Shown here: positions 39,319-54,025 of the stretch, one piece after another
Numbering within the stretch: the first letter of the stretch is position 1
Layout of the letters: each line of letters opens with the position of its first letter
Assembly (NCBI GenBank): GCA_964016885.1
Contig: OZ024741.1
Location: 255,378,001-255,442,000 of the forward strand
Reading direction: 5' to 3'
DNA length: 64,000 nucleotides
Source: Eledone cirrhosa
Lineage: Eukaryota
Program-made: the position numbers and the translations under genes
The notes under the pieces: generated by a model
The model's input: the letters and a program-made list of their open reading frames with translations, nothing else
What the model was told of the DNA's origin: nothing
Database searches by the model: none

Positions 39319-41972
39319 AGTGTTTCGACTTACGAGTGTTTCGACTTACGAGTGTTTTGGCTTCCGAATGTTTTGACTTACGGGTGTTTCGACTTACGAG
39401 TGTTTCGGCTTATGAGTGTTTCGACTTACAGGCGTTTCGACTTACGGGTGTTTCGACTTACGAGTGTTTTGGCTTACGAATGTTTTGACTTACGGGTGTT
39501 TCGACTTACGAGTGTTTCGACTTATGAGTGTTTCGACTTACGAGTGTTTCGGCTTATGAGTGTTTCGACTTACGAGTGCTTCGGCTTACGAGTGTTTCGA
39601 CTTACGAGTATTTCGACTTACGAGTGTTTCGGCTTACGAGTGTTTCAGTGTTTCGGCTTACGTGTGTTTCAACTTACGAGTGTTTCGACTTACGACTGTT
39701 TCGGCTTACGAGTGTTTCGGCTTACGAGTGTTTCGGCTTACGAGTGTTTTGACTTACGATTGTTTGGCTTACGAGTGTTCTGACTTACGGGTGTTCTGAC
39801 TTACGAGTGTTCCGACTTACGAGTGTTTCGGCTTATGAGGGTTTCGACTTACGAGTGCTTCGGCTTACGAGTGTTTCGACTTACGAGTGTTTCGGCTTAC
39901 GAGTGTTTCGACTTACGAGTGTTTTGACTTACGGTGTTTCGGCTTACGAATGTTTCGACATACGAGTGTTTTGACGTACGGGTGTTTCGACTTACGGGTC
40001 TTTCGACTTAAGAGTGTTTCGACTTACGAGCGCTTCGACTTACGAGTGTTTCGACTTACGAGTGTTTCGGCGTATGAGTGTTTTGACTTACGAGTGTTTC
40101 GACTTACGAGTGTTTCGACTTACGAGTGTTTCGAATTACGAGTGTTTCGACTTACGAGTGTTTTGACTTACGAGTGTTTTGACTTACGGTGTTTCTGCTT
40201 ACGAGTGTTTCGACTTTCGAGTGTTATGACTTACGGGTGTTTTGACATACGAGTGTTTCGACTTACGAGTCTTTCGGCTTACGAGTGTTTCGACTTACTA
40301 ATGTTTTTACTTACGAGTGTTTCGGCGTACGAGTGTTTCGACTTCCGAGTGTTTCGACTTACAGGTGTTTTGACTTACGGGTGTTTCGGCTTACGAGTGT
40401 TTTGACTTACGAGTGTTTTGACTTAAGGGTGTTTCGACTTACGAGTATTTTTGGCTTACGAGTGTTTCGACTTACGAGTGTTTTGACTTACGAGTGTTCT
40501 GATTTACGGATGTTTCGACATACGAGTGTTTCGACTTACGAGTGTTTCGACTTATGAGTGTTTCGACTTACGAGTGTTTCGACTTACGAGTGTTTCGGCT
40601 TATGATTGTTTCGACTTACGAGTGTTTTGACTTACGGTGTTTCAGCTTACGAGTGTTTCGACTTACGAGTGTTTTGACTTACTGGTGTTTTGACATACGA
40701 GTGTTTCGATACGAGTGTTCTGACGTACGAGTGTTCTGACTTACGAGTGTTTTGATATACGAGTGTTTCGGCTTACGAGTGTTTCCGGCTTACGAGTGTT
40801 TCGACTTACGAGTGTTTTGACTTACGGTGTTTCGGCTTACGAGTGATTCGACTTACGAGTGTTTTGACTTACGGGTGTTTTGACTTACGGGTGTTGTGAA
40901 TTACGAGTGTTCCGATTTACGAGTGTTTTGACTTACGGTGTTTCGGCTTACGAGTGATTCGACTTACGAATGTTTTGACTTACGGGTGTTTCGGCTTGCG
41001 AGTGTTTCGACTTACGAGTGTTTCGGCTTATGAGTGTTTCGACTTACTAATGTTTTTACTTACGAGTGTTCTGACTTACGAGTGTTCCGACTTACGAGTG
41101 TTCCGACTTACGAGTGTTTCGGCTTACGAGTGTTTCCGGCTTACGAGTGTTTCGACTTACGAGTGTTTCGACTTACGAGTGTTTTGACTTACGGTGTTTC
41201 GACTTACGAGTGTTTTGACTTACGAGTGTTTCGGCGTACGAGTGTTTTGACTTACGAGTGTTTCGAATTACGAGTGTTTTGACTTACGAATGTTTTGACA
41301 TACGGGTGTTTCGGCTTACGAGTGTTTCGACTTACGAGTGTTTCGGCTTGCGAGTGTTTCGACTTACTAATGTTTTTACTTACGAGTTTTTCGGCGTACG
41401 AGTGTTTCGACTTACGAGTGTTTCGACTTACGGGTGTTTTGACTTAAGGGTGTTTCGACTTACAAGTGTTTCGACTTACGAGTGTTTCGACTTACGAGTG
41501 TTCTGACTTACGAGTGTTCTGATTTACGGATGTTTCGACATACGAGTGTTTCGACTTACGAGTGTTTCGACTTACGAGTGTTTTGACTTACGGGTGTTTT
41601 GACATACGAGTGTTTCGATACGAGTGTTTCGACTTACGAGTGTTCTGACTTACGAGTGTTCTGACTTACGAGTGTTCTGACTTACGAGTGTTCTGATTTA
41701 CGAGAGTTCCGACTTACGAGTGTTTCGACTTACGAGTGTTTCGACTTACGAGTGTTCCGACTTACGGGTGTTTCGACTTACGAGTGGTTTGGCTTACGGT
41801 GTTTCGGCTTACGAGTGTTTCGAGTTACGAGTGTTTTGACTTACGCGTGTTTGACATACGAGTGTTTCGATACGAGTGTTCTGACTTACGAGTGTTCTGA
41901 CTTACGAGTGTTCCGACTTTACGAGTGTTTCGGCTCACGAGTGTTTCGGCTTACGAGTGTTTCGACTTACAA

Positions 41973-42041
41973 AAATAACAAATAGACGCGGTTTCAAATC
42001 TCTATGAATTTCAAATTCATTACATTAATCTTTATTTATAC
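41973..42041. repeat. 69-bp AT-rich insert, copy 8 (ATGAATTT allele)
   Basis: Direct match; internal ATG at 42004. Confidence 0.95.
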
Positions 42042-45000
42042 GTTTCGCTTTACGAGTGTTTCGACTTACGAGTGTTTCGACATACGAGTGTTTCGACTTC
42101 CGAATGTTTTCGCTTACGGGTGTTTCGACTTACGAATGTTTCGGCTTACGAGTGTTTCGGCTTACGAGTGTTCCGACTTAGGAGTGTTTCGGCTTACGGG
42201 TGTTTCCGGCTTACGAGTGTTTCGACTTTAGAGTGTTTCGACTTTAGAGTGTTTTGACTTACGGTGTTTCGGCTTACGAGTGATTCGACTTACGAGTGTT
42301 TTGACTTACGAGTGTTTCGACTTACGAGTGTTTTGACTTACGAATGTTTTGACTTACGGGTGTTTCGGCTTACGAGTGTTTCGACTTACGAGTGTTTCGG
42401 CTTGCGAGTGTTTCGACTTACTAGTGTTTTTACTTACGAGTGTTTAGGCGTACGAGTGTTTCGACTTACGAGTGTTTCGACTTACGGGTGTTTTGACTTA
42501 CGGGTGTTTCGGCTTACCAGTGTTTCGACTTACGAGTGATTTGACTTACGAGTGTTTCGGATTACGAGTGTTTTGACTTCAGGGTGTTTAGACTTACGAG
42601 TGTTTCGATACGAGTGTTTCGACTTACGAGTGTTCTGACTTACGAGTATTCTGATTTACGGATGTTTCGACACACGAGTGTTTCGAATTACGAGTGTTTT
42701 GACTTACGAGTGTTTTGACTTACGGGTGTTTTGACATACGAGTGTTTCGATACGAGTGTTTCGACTTATGAGTGTTTCGACTTACGAGTGTTCTGACTTA
42801 CGAGTGTTCTGACTTACGAGTGTTCTGATTTACGGATGTTTCGACACACGAGTGTTTCGATACGAGTGTTTCGACTTACGAGTGTTTCGACTTATGAGTG
42901 TTTCGACTTACGAGTGTTCTGACTTACGAGTGTTCTGACTTACGAGTGTTCCGACTTACGAGTGTTTCGGTTTACGAGTGTTTCGACATACGAGTGTTTT
43001 GACTTACGGGTGTTTCGACTTACGGGTGTTTCGACTTACGAGTGTTTTGGCTTACGAGTGTTTCGACTTACTAATGTTTTTACTTACGAGTGTTTCGGTG
43101 TACGAATGTTTTGACTTAAGGATGTTTCGACTTACGAGTGTTTCGACTTACGAGTGTTTCGGCTTACGTGAGTTTCGACTTAAGATTGTTCTGATTTACG
43201 AGTGTTCTGACTTACGAGTGTTTCGGCTTATGAGTGTTTCGACTTACGAGTGTTTCGGCTTACGAGTGTTTCGACTTATGGGTGTTTCGAATTACGAGTG
43301 TTTTTACTTACGGTGTTTCGGCTTACGAGTGTTTCGACATACGAGTGTTTTGACTTACGGGTGTTTCGGCTTACGAGTGTTTCGACTTACGAGTGTTTTG
43401 ACTTACGGGTGTTTCGACTTACGAGTATTTTTGGCTTACGAGTGTTTCGACTTACGAGTGTTTTGACTTACGAGTGTTCTGATTTACGGATGTTTCGACA
43501 TACGAGTGTTTCGACTTACGAGTGTTTCGACTTATGAGTGTTTCGACTTACGAGTGTTTCGGCTTACGAGTGTTTCGACTTACGAGTGTTTTGACTTACG
43601 GTGTTTCGGCTTACGAGTGTTTCGACTTACGAGTGTTTTGACTTACGGGTGATTTGACATACGAGTGTTTCGATACGAGTGTTCTGACTTACGAGTGTTC
43701 TGACTTACGAGTGTTTTGACTTACGAGTGTTCTGACTTAGGAGTGTTCCGACTTACGAGTGTTCCGACTTACGAGTGTTTCGGCTTACGAGTGTTTCCGG
43801 CTTACGAGTGTTTCGACTTCCGAGTGTTTTGACTTACGGTGTTTCGGCTTACGAGTGATTCGACTTACGAGTGTTTTGACTTACGGGTGATTTGACTTAC
43901 GGGTGTTGTGAATTACGAGTGTTCCGATTTACGAGTGTTTTGACTTACGGTGTTTCGGCTTACGAGTGATTCGACTTACGAATGTTTTGACTTACGGGTG
44001 TTTCGGCTTGCGAGTGTTTCGACTTACGAGAGTTTCGGCTTATGGGTGTTTCGACTTACTAATGTTTTTACTTACGAGTGTTTCGGCGTACGAGTGTTTT
44101 GACTTACGAGTGTTTCGACTTACGAGTGTTTCGACTTACGAGTGTTTCGGCTTACGTGAGTTTCGACTTAAGAGTGTTCTGATTTACGAGTGTTCTGACT
44201 TGCGGGTGTTCTGATTTACGAGTGTTCCGACTTACGAGTGTTTCGGCTTATTAGTGTTTCGACTTACGAGTGTTTCGGCTTACGAGTGTTTCGACTTATG
44301 GGTGTTTCGACTTACGAGTGTTTTTACTTACGGTGTTTCGGCTTACGAGTGTTTCGACATACGAGTGTTTTGACTTACGGGTGTTTCGACTTACGAGTGT
44401 TTTGACTTACGAATGTTTTGACTTACGGGTGTTTCGGCTTACGAGTGTTTCGACTTACGAGTGTTTCGGCTTACGAGTGTTTCGACTTATGGGTGTTTCG
44501 ACTTACGAGTGTTTTTACTTACGGTGTTTCGGCTTACGAGTGTTTCGACATACGAGTGTTTTGACTTACGGGTGTTTCGACTTACGAGTGTTTTGACTTA
44601 CGAGTGTTTCGACTTATGACTGTTTCGACTTACGAGTGTTTCGGCTTATGAGTGTTTCGACTTACGAGTGCTTCGGCTTACGAGTGTTTCGACTTACGAG
44701 TATTTCGGCTTTCGAGTGTTTCGACGTAAGAATGTTTTGGCTTACGAGTGTTTCGGCTTATGAGTGTTTCGGCTTACGAGTGTTTCGACTTACGAGTGTT
44801 TCGGCTTACGAGTGTTTCAGTGTTTCGGCTTACGTGTGTTTCGACTTACGAGTGTTTCGACTTACGACTGTTTCGGCTTACGAGTGTTTCGGCTTACGAC
44901 TGTTTCGACTTACGAGTGTTTTGACTTACGAATGTTTTGACTTACGGGTGTTTCGGCTTACGAGTGTTTCGACTTACGAGTCTTTAGGCTTACGAGTGTT

Positions 45001-47823
45001 TCGACTTACTAATGTTTTTACTTACGAGTGTTTCGGCGTACGAGTGTTTCGACTTACGAGTGTTTCGATTTACGGGTGTTTTGACTTACGGGTGTTTCGG
45101 CTTACGAGTGTTTTGACTTACGAGTATTTTGACTTAAGGGTGTTTCGACTTACGAGTATTTTTGGCTTACGAGTGTTTCGACTTACGAGTGTTTTGACTT
45201 ACGAGTGTTCTGATTTACGGATGTTTCGACATACGAGTGTTTCGACTTACGAGTGTTTCGACTTACTAATGTTCTTACGAGTGTTTCGGCGTACGAGAGT
45301 TTTGACTTACGAGTGTTTCGACTTATGAGTGTTTCGACTTACGAGTGTTTTGACTTACGAATGTTTTGACTTACGGGTGTTTCGGCTTACGAGTGTTTCG
45401 ACTTACGAGTCTTTCGGCTTACGAGTGTTTCGACTTACTAATGTTTTTACTTACGAGTGTTTCGGCGTACGAGTGTTTCGACTTACGAGTGTTTCGACTT
45501 ACGGGTGTTTTGACTTACGGGTGTTTCGGCTTACGAGTGTTTTGACTTACGAGTGTTTTGACTTAAGGTTGTTTCGACTTACGAGTATTTTTGGCTTACG
45601 AGTGTTTCGACTTACGAGTGTTTTGACTTACGAGTGTTCTGATTTACGGATGTTTCGACATACGAGTGTTTCGACTTACGAGTGTTTCGACTTATGAGTG
45701 TTTCGACTTACGAGTGTTTCGGCTTATGAGTGTTTCGACTTACGAGTGCTTCGGCTTACGAGTGTTTCGACTTACGAGTATTTCGGCTTACGAGTGTTTC
45801 GACGTACGAATGTTTTGGCTTACGAGTGTTTCGGCTTATGAGTGTTTCGGCTTACGAGTGTTTCGACTTACGAGTGTTTCGGCTTACGAGTGTTTCAGTG
45901 TTTCGGCTTACGTGTGTTTCGACTTACGATTGTTTCGACTTACGACTGTTTCGGCTTACGAGTGTTTCGGCTTGCGAGTGTTTCGGCTTACGAGTGTTTT
46001 GACTTACGAGTGTTTTGACTTACGATTGTTTGGCTTACGAGTGTTCGGACTTACGGGTGTTCTGACTTTCGAATGTTCCGACTTACGAGTGTTTCGGCTT
46101 GTGAGGGTTTCGACTTACGAGTGCTTCGGTTTACGAGTGTTTCGACTTACGAGTGTTTCGGCTTACGAGTGTTTCGACTTACGAGTGTTTCGACTTACGA
46201 GTGTTTTGACTTACGGTGTTTCGGCTTACGAGTGTTTCGACATACGAGTGTTTTGACGTACGGGTGTTTCGACTTACGGGTCTTTCGACTTAAGAGTGTT
46301 TCGACTTACGAGCGCTTCGACTTACGAGTGTTTCGACTTACGAGTGTTTCGGCGTATGAGTGTTTTGACTTACGAGTGTTTCGACTTACGAGTGTTTCGA
46401 ATTACGAGTGTTTCGACTTACGAGTGTTTTGACTTACGAGTGTTTTGACTTCGGTGTTTCTGCTTACGAGTGTTTCGACTTACGAGTGTTATGACTTACG
46501 GGTGTTTTCACATACGAGTGTTTCGACTTACGAGTGTTTTGACTTACGGGTGTTTTGACATACGAGTGTTTCGATACGAGTGTTCTGACTTACGAGTGTT
46601 CTGACTTACGAGTGTTCTGACTTACGAGTGTTTCGACATACGAGTGTTTTGACTTACGGGTGTTTCGACTTACGAGTGTTTTCACTTACGAATGTTTTGA
46701 CTTACGGGTGTTTCGGCTTACGAGTGTTTCGACTTACGAGTGTTTCGGCTTACGAGTGTTTCGACTTACTAATATTTTTACTTACGAGTGTTTCGGCGTA
46801 CGAGAGTTTTGACTTACGCGTGTTTCGACTTGCGAGTGTTTCGACTTACGAGTATTTTGACTTACGAATGTTTTGACTTACGGGTGTTTCGGCTTACGAG
46901 TGTTTCGACTTACGAGTCTTTCGGCTTACAAGTGTTTCGACTTACTAATGTTTTTACTTACGAGTGTTTCGGCGTACGAGTGTTTCGACTTCTGAGTGTT
47001 TCGACTTACGGGTGTTTTGACTGACGGGTGTATCGGCTTACGAGTGTTTTGACTTACGAGTGTTTTGACTTAAGGGTGTTTCGACTTACGAGTATTTTTG
47101 GCTTACGAGTGTTTCGACTTACGAGTGTTTTGACTTACGAGTGTTCTGATTTACGGATGTTTCGACATACGAGTGTTTCGACTTACGAGTGTTTCGACTT
47201 ATGAGTGTTTCGACTTACGAGTGTTTCGACTTACGAGTGTTTCGGCTTGTGATTGTTTCGACTTACGAGTGTTTTGACTTACGGTGTTTCAGCTTACGAG
47301 TGTTTCGACTTACGAGTGTTTTGACTTACGGGTGTTTTGACATACGAGTGTTTCGATACGAGTGTTCTCACTTACGAGTGTTCTGACTTACGAGTGTTTT
47401 GACTTACGAGTGTTCTGACTTACGAGTGTTCCGACTTACGAGTGTTCCGACTTACGAGTGTTTCGGCTTACGAGTGTTTTGACTTAAGGGTGTTTCGACT
47501 TACGAGTGTTTCGATACGAGTGTTTCGACTTACGAGTGTTTCGGCTTACGAGTGTTTCGACTTACGAGTGTTTCGACTTACGAGTGTTCCGACTTACGGG
47601 TGTTTCGACTTACGAGTGTTTTGGCTTACGGTGTTTCGACTTACGAGTGTTTCGAGTTAAGAGTGTTTTGACTTACGAGTGTTCTGATTTACGAGTGTTC
47701 TGACTTACGAGTGTTCTGACTTACGAGTGTTCTGACTTACGAGTGTTCTGACTTACGAGTGTTCCGACTTTACGAGTGTTTCGGCTCACGAATGTTTCGG
47801 CTTACGAGTGTTTCGACTTACGA

Positions 47824-47892
47824 AAATAACAAATAGACGCGGTTTCAAATCTCTATGCTTTTCAAATTCATTACATTAATCTTTATTTATAC
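47824..47892. repeat. 69-bp AT-rich insert, copy 9 (ATGCTTTT allele)
   Basis: Direct match; internal ATG at 47855. Confidence 0.95.
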
Positions 47893-50800
47893 GTTTCGCT
47901 TTACGAGTGTTTCGACTTACGAGTGTTTCGACATACGAGTGTTTCGACTTACGAATGTTTTTGCTTACGGGTGTTTCGACTTACGAATGTTTTTGCTTAC
48001 GAGTGTTTCGGTTTACGAGTGTTCCGACTTACGAGTGTTCCGACTTACGAGTGTTTCGGCTTACGAGTGTTTCCGGCTTACGAGTGTTTCAACTTACGAG
48101 TGTTCTGACTTACGAGTGTTCTGACTTACGGATGTTTCGACACACGAGTGTTTCGAATTACGAGTGTTTCGACTTACGAGTGTTTTGACTTACGGGTGTT
48201 TTGACATACGAGTGTTTCGATACGAGTGTTTCGACTTACGAGTGTTCTGACTTACCAGTGTTCTGATTTACGGATGTTTCGACATACGAGTGTTTCGACT
48301 TACGAGTGTTTCGACTTATGAGTGTTTCGACTTACGAGTGTTTCGGCTTACGAGTGTTTCGACTTACGAGTGTTTTGACTTACGGTGTTTCGGCTTACGA
48401 GTGTTTCGACTTACGAGTGTTTTGACTTACGGGTGTTTTGACATACGAGTGTTTCGATACGAGTGTTCTGACTTACGAGTGTTCTGACTTACGAGTGTTC
48501 TGACTTACGAGTGTTCTGACTTACGAGTGTTCTGATTTACGGATGTTTCGACATACGAGTGTTTCGACTTACGAGTGTTTCGACTTATGAGTGTTTCGAC
48601 TTACGAGTGTTTCGGCTTACGAGTGTTTCGACTTACGAGTGTTTTGACTTACGGTGTTTCGGCTTACGAGTGTTTCGACTTACGAGTGTTTTGACTTACG
48701 GGTGTTTTGACATACGAGTGTTTCGATACGAGTGTTCTGACTTACGAGTGTTCTGACTTACGAGTATTTTGACTTACGAGTGTTCTGACTTACGGGTGTT
48801 TCGACTTACGAGTATTTTTGGCTTACGAGTGTTTCGCTTTAGAGTGTTTTGACTTACGAGTGTTCTGATTTACGGATGTTTCGACATACGAGTGTTTCGA
48901 CTTACGAATGTTTCGACTTATGAGTGTTTCGACTTACGAGTGTTTCGGCTTACGAGTGTTTCGACTTTCGAGTGTTTTGACTTACGGTGTTTCGGCTTAC
49001 GAGTGTTTCGACTTACGAGTGTTTTGACTTACGGGTGTTTTGACATACGAGTGTTTCGATACGAGTGTTCTGACTTACGAGTGTTCTGACTTACGAGTGT
49101 TTTGACTTACGAGTGTTCTGACTTACAAGTGTTCCGACTTACGAGTGTTCCGACTTACGAGTGTTTCGGCTTACGAGTGTTTCCGGCTTACGAGTGTTTC
49201 GACTTCCGAGTGTTTTGACTTACGGTGTTTCGGCTTACGAGTGATTCGACTTACGAGTGTTTTGACTTACGGGTGATTTGACTTACTGGTGTTGTGAATT
49301 TCGAGTGTTCCGATTTACGAGTGTTTTGACTTACGGTGTTTCGGCTTACGAGTGATTCGACTTACGAATGTTTTGACTTACGGGTGTTTCGGCTTGCGAG
49401 TGTTTCGACTTACGAGTGTTTCGGCTTATGGGTGTTTCGACTTACTAATGTTTTTACTTACGAGTGTTTCGGCGTACGAGTGTTTTGACTTACGAGTGTT
49501 TCGACTTACGAGTGTTTCGACTTACGAGTGTTTCGACTTACGAGTGTTTCGGCTTACGTGAGTTTCGACTTAAGAGTGTTCTGATTTACGAGTGTTCTGA
49601 CTTGCGGGTGTTCTGATTTACGAGTGTTCCGACTTACGAGTGTTTCGGCTTATTAGTGTTTCGACTTACGAGTGTTTCGGCTTACGAGTGTTTCGACTTA
49701 TGGGTGTTTCGACTTACGAGTGTTTTTACTTACGGTGTTTCGGCTTACGAGTGTTTCGACATACGAGTGTTTTGACTTACGGGTGTTTCGACTTACGAGT
49801 GTTTTGACTTACGAATGTTTTGACTTACGGGTGTTTCGGCTTACGAGTGTTTCGACTTACGAGTGTTTAGGCTTACGAGTGTTTCGACTTACTAATGTTC
49901 TTACGAGTGTTTCGGCGTACGAGAGTTTTGACTTACGAGTGTTTCGACTGACGAGTGTTTCGACTTACGAGTGTTTAGACTTACGAATGTTTTGACTTAC
50001 GGGTGTTTCGGCTGACGATTGTTTCGACTTACGAGTCTTTCGGCTTACGAGTGTTTCGACTTACTAATGTTTTTACTTACGAGTGTTTCGGCGTACGAGT
50101 GTTTCGACTTACGAGTGTTTCGACTTACGGGTGTTTTGACTTACGGGTGTTTCGGCTTACGAGTGTTTTGACTTACGAGTGTTTTGACTTAAGGGTGTTT
50201 CGACTTACGAGTATTTTTGGCTTACGAGTGTTTCGACTTACGAGTGTTTTGACTTACGAGTGTTCTGATTTACGGATGTTTCGACATACGAGTGTTTCGA
50301 CTTACGAGTGTTTCGACTTATGAGTGTTTCGACTTACGAGTGTTTCGGCTTATGATTGTTTCGACTTACGATTGCTTCGGCTTACGAGTGTTTCGACTTA
50401 CGAGTATTTCGGCTTACGAGTGTTTCGACGTACGAATGTTTTGGCTTACGAGTGTTTCGGCTTATGAGTGTTTCGGCTTACGAGTGTTTCGACTTACGAG
50501 TGTTTCGGCTTACGAGTGTTTCAGTGTTTCGGCTTACGTGTGTTTCGACTTACGAGTGTTTCGACTTACGAGTGTTTTGACTTACGAGTGTTCTGATTTA
50601 CGGATGTTTCGACATACGAGTGTTTCGACTTACGAGTGTTTCGACTTATGAGTGTTTCGACTTACGAGTGTTTCGACTTACGAGTGTTTCGGCTTGTGAT
50701 TGTTTCGACTTACGAGTGTTTTGACTTACGGTGTTTCAGCTTACGAGTGTTTCGACTTACGAGTGTTTTGACTTACGGGTGTTTTGACATACGAGTTTCG

Positions 50801-51268
50801 ATACGAGTGTTCTGACTTACGAGTGTTCTGAGTTACGAGTGTTTTGACTTACGAGTGTTCTGACTTACGAGTGTTCCGACTTACGAGTGTTCCGACTTAC
50901 GAGTGTTTCGGCTTACGAGTGTTTTGACTTAAGGGTGTTTCGACTTACGAGTGTTTCGATACGAGTGTTTCGACTTACGAGTGTTTCGGCTTACGAGTGT
51001 TTCGACTTACGAGTGTTTCGACTTACGAGTGTTCCGACTTACGGGTGTTTCGACTTACGAGTGTATTGGCTTACGGTGTTTCGACTTACGAGTGTTTCGA
51101 GTTAAGAGTGTTTTGACATACGAGTGTTCTGATTTACGAGTGTTCTGACTTACGAGTGTTCTGACTTACGAGTGTTCTGACTTCCGAGTGTTCTGACTTA
51201 CGAGTGTTCCGACTTTACGAGTGTTTCGGCTCACGAGTGTTTCGGCTTACGAGTGTTTCGACTTACGA

Positions 51269-51337
51269 AAATAACAAATAGACGCGGTTTCAAATCTCTA
51301 TGCTTTTCAAATTCATTACATTAATCTTTATTTATAC
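51269..51337. repeat. 69-bp AT-rich insert, copy 10 (ATGCTTTT allele)
   Basis: Direct match; internal ATG at 51300. Confidence 0.95.
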
Positions 51338-51527
51338 GTTTCGCTTTACGAGTGTTTCGACTTACGAGTGTTTCGACATACGAGTGTTTCGGCTTACGAG
51401 TGTTTTGATTTACGAGTGTTTTGACTTACGGGTGCTTCGACTTACGCGTGTTTCGACTTACGAGTGTTTCGACTTACGAGTGTTTCGACTTACGAGTGTT
51501 TCGGCTTACGAGTGTTTCGACTTACGA

Positions 51528-51596
51528 AAATAACAAATAGACGCGGTTTCAAATCTCTATGCTTTTCCAATTCATTACATTAATCTTTATTTATAC
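51528..51596. repeat. 69-bp AT-rich insert, copy 11 (private GCTTTTCCAA variant)
   Basis: Match with one substitution; starts only 259 bp after copy 10. Confidence 0.95.
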
Positions 51597-53209
51597 GTTT
51601 CGCTTTACGAGTGTTTCGACTTACGAGTGTTTTGACTTACGAATGTTTTGACTTACGATTGTTTCGGCTTACGAGGGTTTCGACTTACGAGTGTTCTGAC
51701 TACGAGTGTTCTGACTTACGGGTGTTCTGACTTACGAGTGTTCCGACTTACGAGTGTTTCGGCTTATGAGTGTTTCGACTTACGAGTGCTTCGACTTACG
51801 AGTGTTTCGGCTTACGGGTGTTTCGACTTACGAATGTTTTTGCTTACGAGTGTTTCGGCTTACGAGTGTTTCGGCTTATGAGTGTTTCGACTTACGAGTG
51901 TTTTGACTTACGGGTGTTTTGACATACGAGTGTTTCGATACGATTGTTCTGACTTACGAGTGTTTCCGCTTACGAGTGTTTCGGCTTACGAGTGTTTCGA
52001 CTTACTAATGTTTTTACTTACGAGTGTTTCGGCGTACGAGTGTTTCGACTTACGAGTGTTTCGACTTACGGGTGTTTTGACTTACGGGTGTTTCGGCCTA
52101 CGAGTGTTTTGACTTACGAGTGTTTTGACTTAAGGGTGTTTCGACTTACGAGTATTTTTGGCTTACGAGTGTTTCGACTTACGAGTGTTTTGACTTACGA
52201 GTGTTCTGATTTACGGATGTTTCGACATACGAGTGTTTCGACTTACGAGTGTTTCGACTTATGAGTGTTTCGACTTACGAGTGTTTCGGCTTATGAGTGT
52301 TTCGACTTACGATTGCTTCGGCTTACGAGTGTTTCGACTTACGAGTATTTCGGCTTACGAGTGTTTCGACGTACGAATGTTTTGGCTTACGAGTGTTTCG
52401 GCTTATGAGTGTTTCGGCTTACGAGTGTTTCGACTTACGAGTGTTTCGGCTTACGAGTGTTTCAGTGTTTCGGCTTACGTGTGTTTCGACTTACGAGTGT
52501 TTCGACTTACGAGTGTTTTGACTTACGAGTGTTCTGATTTACGGATGTTTCGACATACGAGTGTTTCGACTTACGAGTGTTTCGACTTATGAGTGTTTCG
52601 ACTTACGAGTGTTTCGACTTACGAGTGTTTCGGCTTGTGATTGTTTCGACTTACGAGTGTTTTGACTTACGGTGTTTCAGCTTACGAGTGTTTCGACTTA
52701 CGAGTGTTTTGACTTACGGGTGTTTTGACATACGAGTTTCGATACGAGTGTTCTGACTTACGAGTGTTCTGAGTTACGAGTGTTTTGACTTACGAGTGTT
52801 CTGACTTACGAGTGTTCCGACTTACGAGTGTTCCGACTTACGAGTGTTTCGGCTTACGAGTGTTTTGACTTAAGGGTGTTTCGACTTACGAGTGTTTCGA
52901 TACGAGTGTTTCGACTTACGAGTGTTTCGGCTTACGAGTGTTTCGACTTACGAGTGTTTCGACTTACGAGTGTTCCGACTTACGGGTGTTTCGACTTACG
53001 AGTGTATTGGCTTACGGTGTTTCGACTTACGAGTGTTTCGAGTTAAGAGTGTTTTGACATACGAGTGTTCTGATTTACGAGTGTTCTGACTTACGAGTGT
53101 TCTGACTTACGAGTGTTCTGACTTCCGAGTGTTCTGACTTACGAGTGTTCCGACTTTACGAGTGTTTCGGCTCACGAGTGTTTCGGCTTACGAGTGTTTC
53201 GACTTACGA

Positions 53210-53278
53210 AAATAACAAATAGACGCGGTTTCAAATCTCTATGCTTTTCAAATTCATTACATTAATCTTTATTTATAC
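53210..53278. repeat. 69-bp AT-rich insert, copy 12 (ATGCTTTT allele)
   Basis: Direct match; 1941 bp after copy 10. Confidence 0.95.
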
Positions 53279-54025
53279 GTTTCGCTTTACGAGTGTTTCG
53301 ACTTACGAGTGTTTCGACATACGAGTGTTTCGGCTTACGAGTGTTTTGATTTACGGGTGTTTCGACTTACGAATGTTTTTGCTTACGAGTGTTTCGGTTT
53401 ACGAGTGTTCCGACTTACGAGTGTTCCGACTTACGAGTGTTTCGGCTTACGAGTGTTTCCGGCTTACGAGTGTTTCAACTTACGAGTGTTCTGTCTTACG
53501 AGTGTTCTGATTTACGGATGTTTCGACACACGAGTGTTTCGACTTACGAGTGTTTTGACTTACGGGTGTTTTGACATACGAGTGTTTCGATACGAGTGTT
53601 TCGACTTACGAGTGTTCTGACTTACGAGTGTTCTGTCTTACGAGTGTTCTGACTTACGAGTGTTCTTACTTACGAGTGTTCCGACTTACGAGTGTTCCGA
53701 CTTACGAGTGTTTCGGCTTACGAGTGTTTCGGCTTACGAGTGTTTCGACTTACGAATGTTTCGACTTACGAGTGTTCCGACTTACGGGTGTTTCGACTTA
53801 CGAGTGTTTTGGCTTACGGTGTTTCGGCTTACGAGTGTTTCGAGTTACGAGTGTTTTGACTTACACGTGTTTTGACATACGAGTGTTTCGATACGAGTGT
53901 TCTGACTTACGAGTGTTCTGACTTACGAGTGTTCTGACTTACGAGTGTTCTGACTTACGAGTGTTCCGACTTTACGAGTGTTTCGGCTCACGAGTGTTTC
54001 GGCTTACGAGTGTTTCGACTTACGA

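Larger units (their letters stand above)
50038..53355 (+). repeat. Duplication of about 1.38 kb, offset 1941 bp (50038-51414 vs 51979-53355)
   Basis: ORF pairs 50292/52233, 50887/52828 and 51300/53241. Shared rare variants ACGAGTTTCGATAC, CTGAGTTAC and GTGTATTGGC. Confidence 0.9.
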
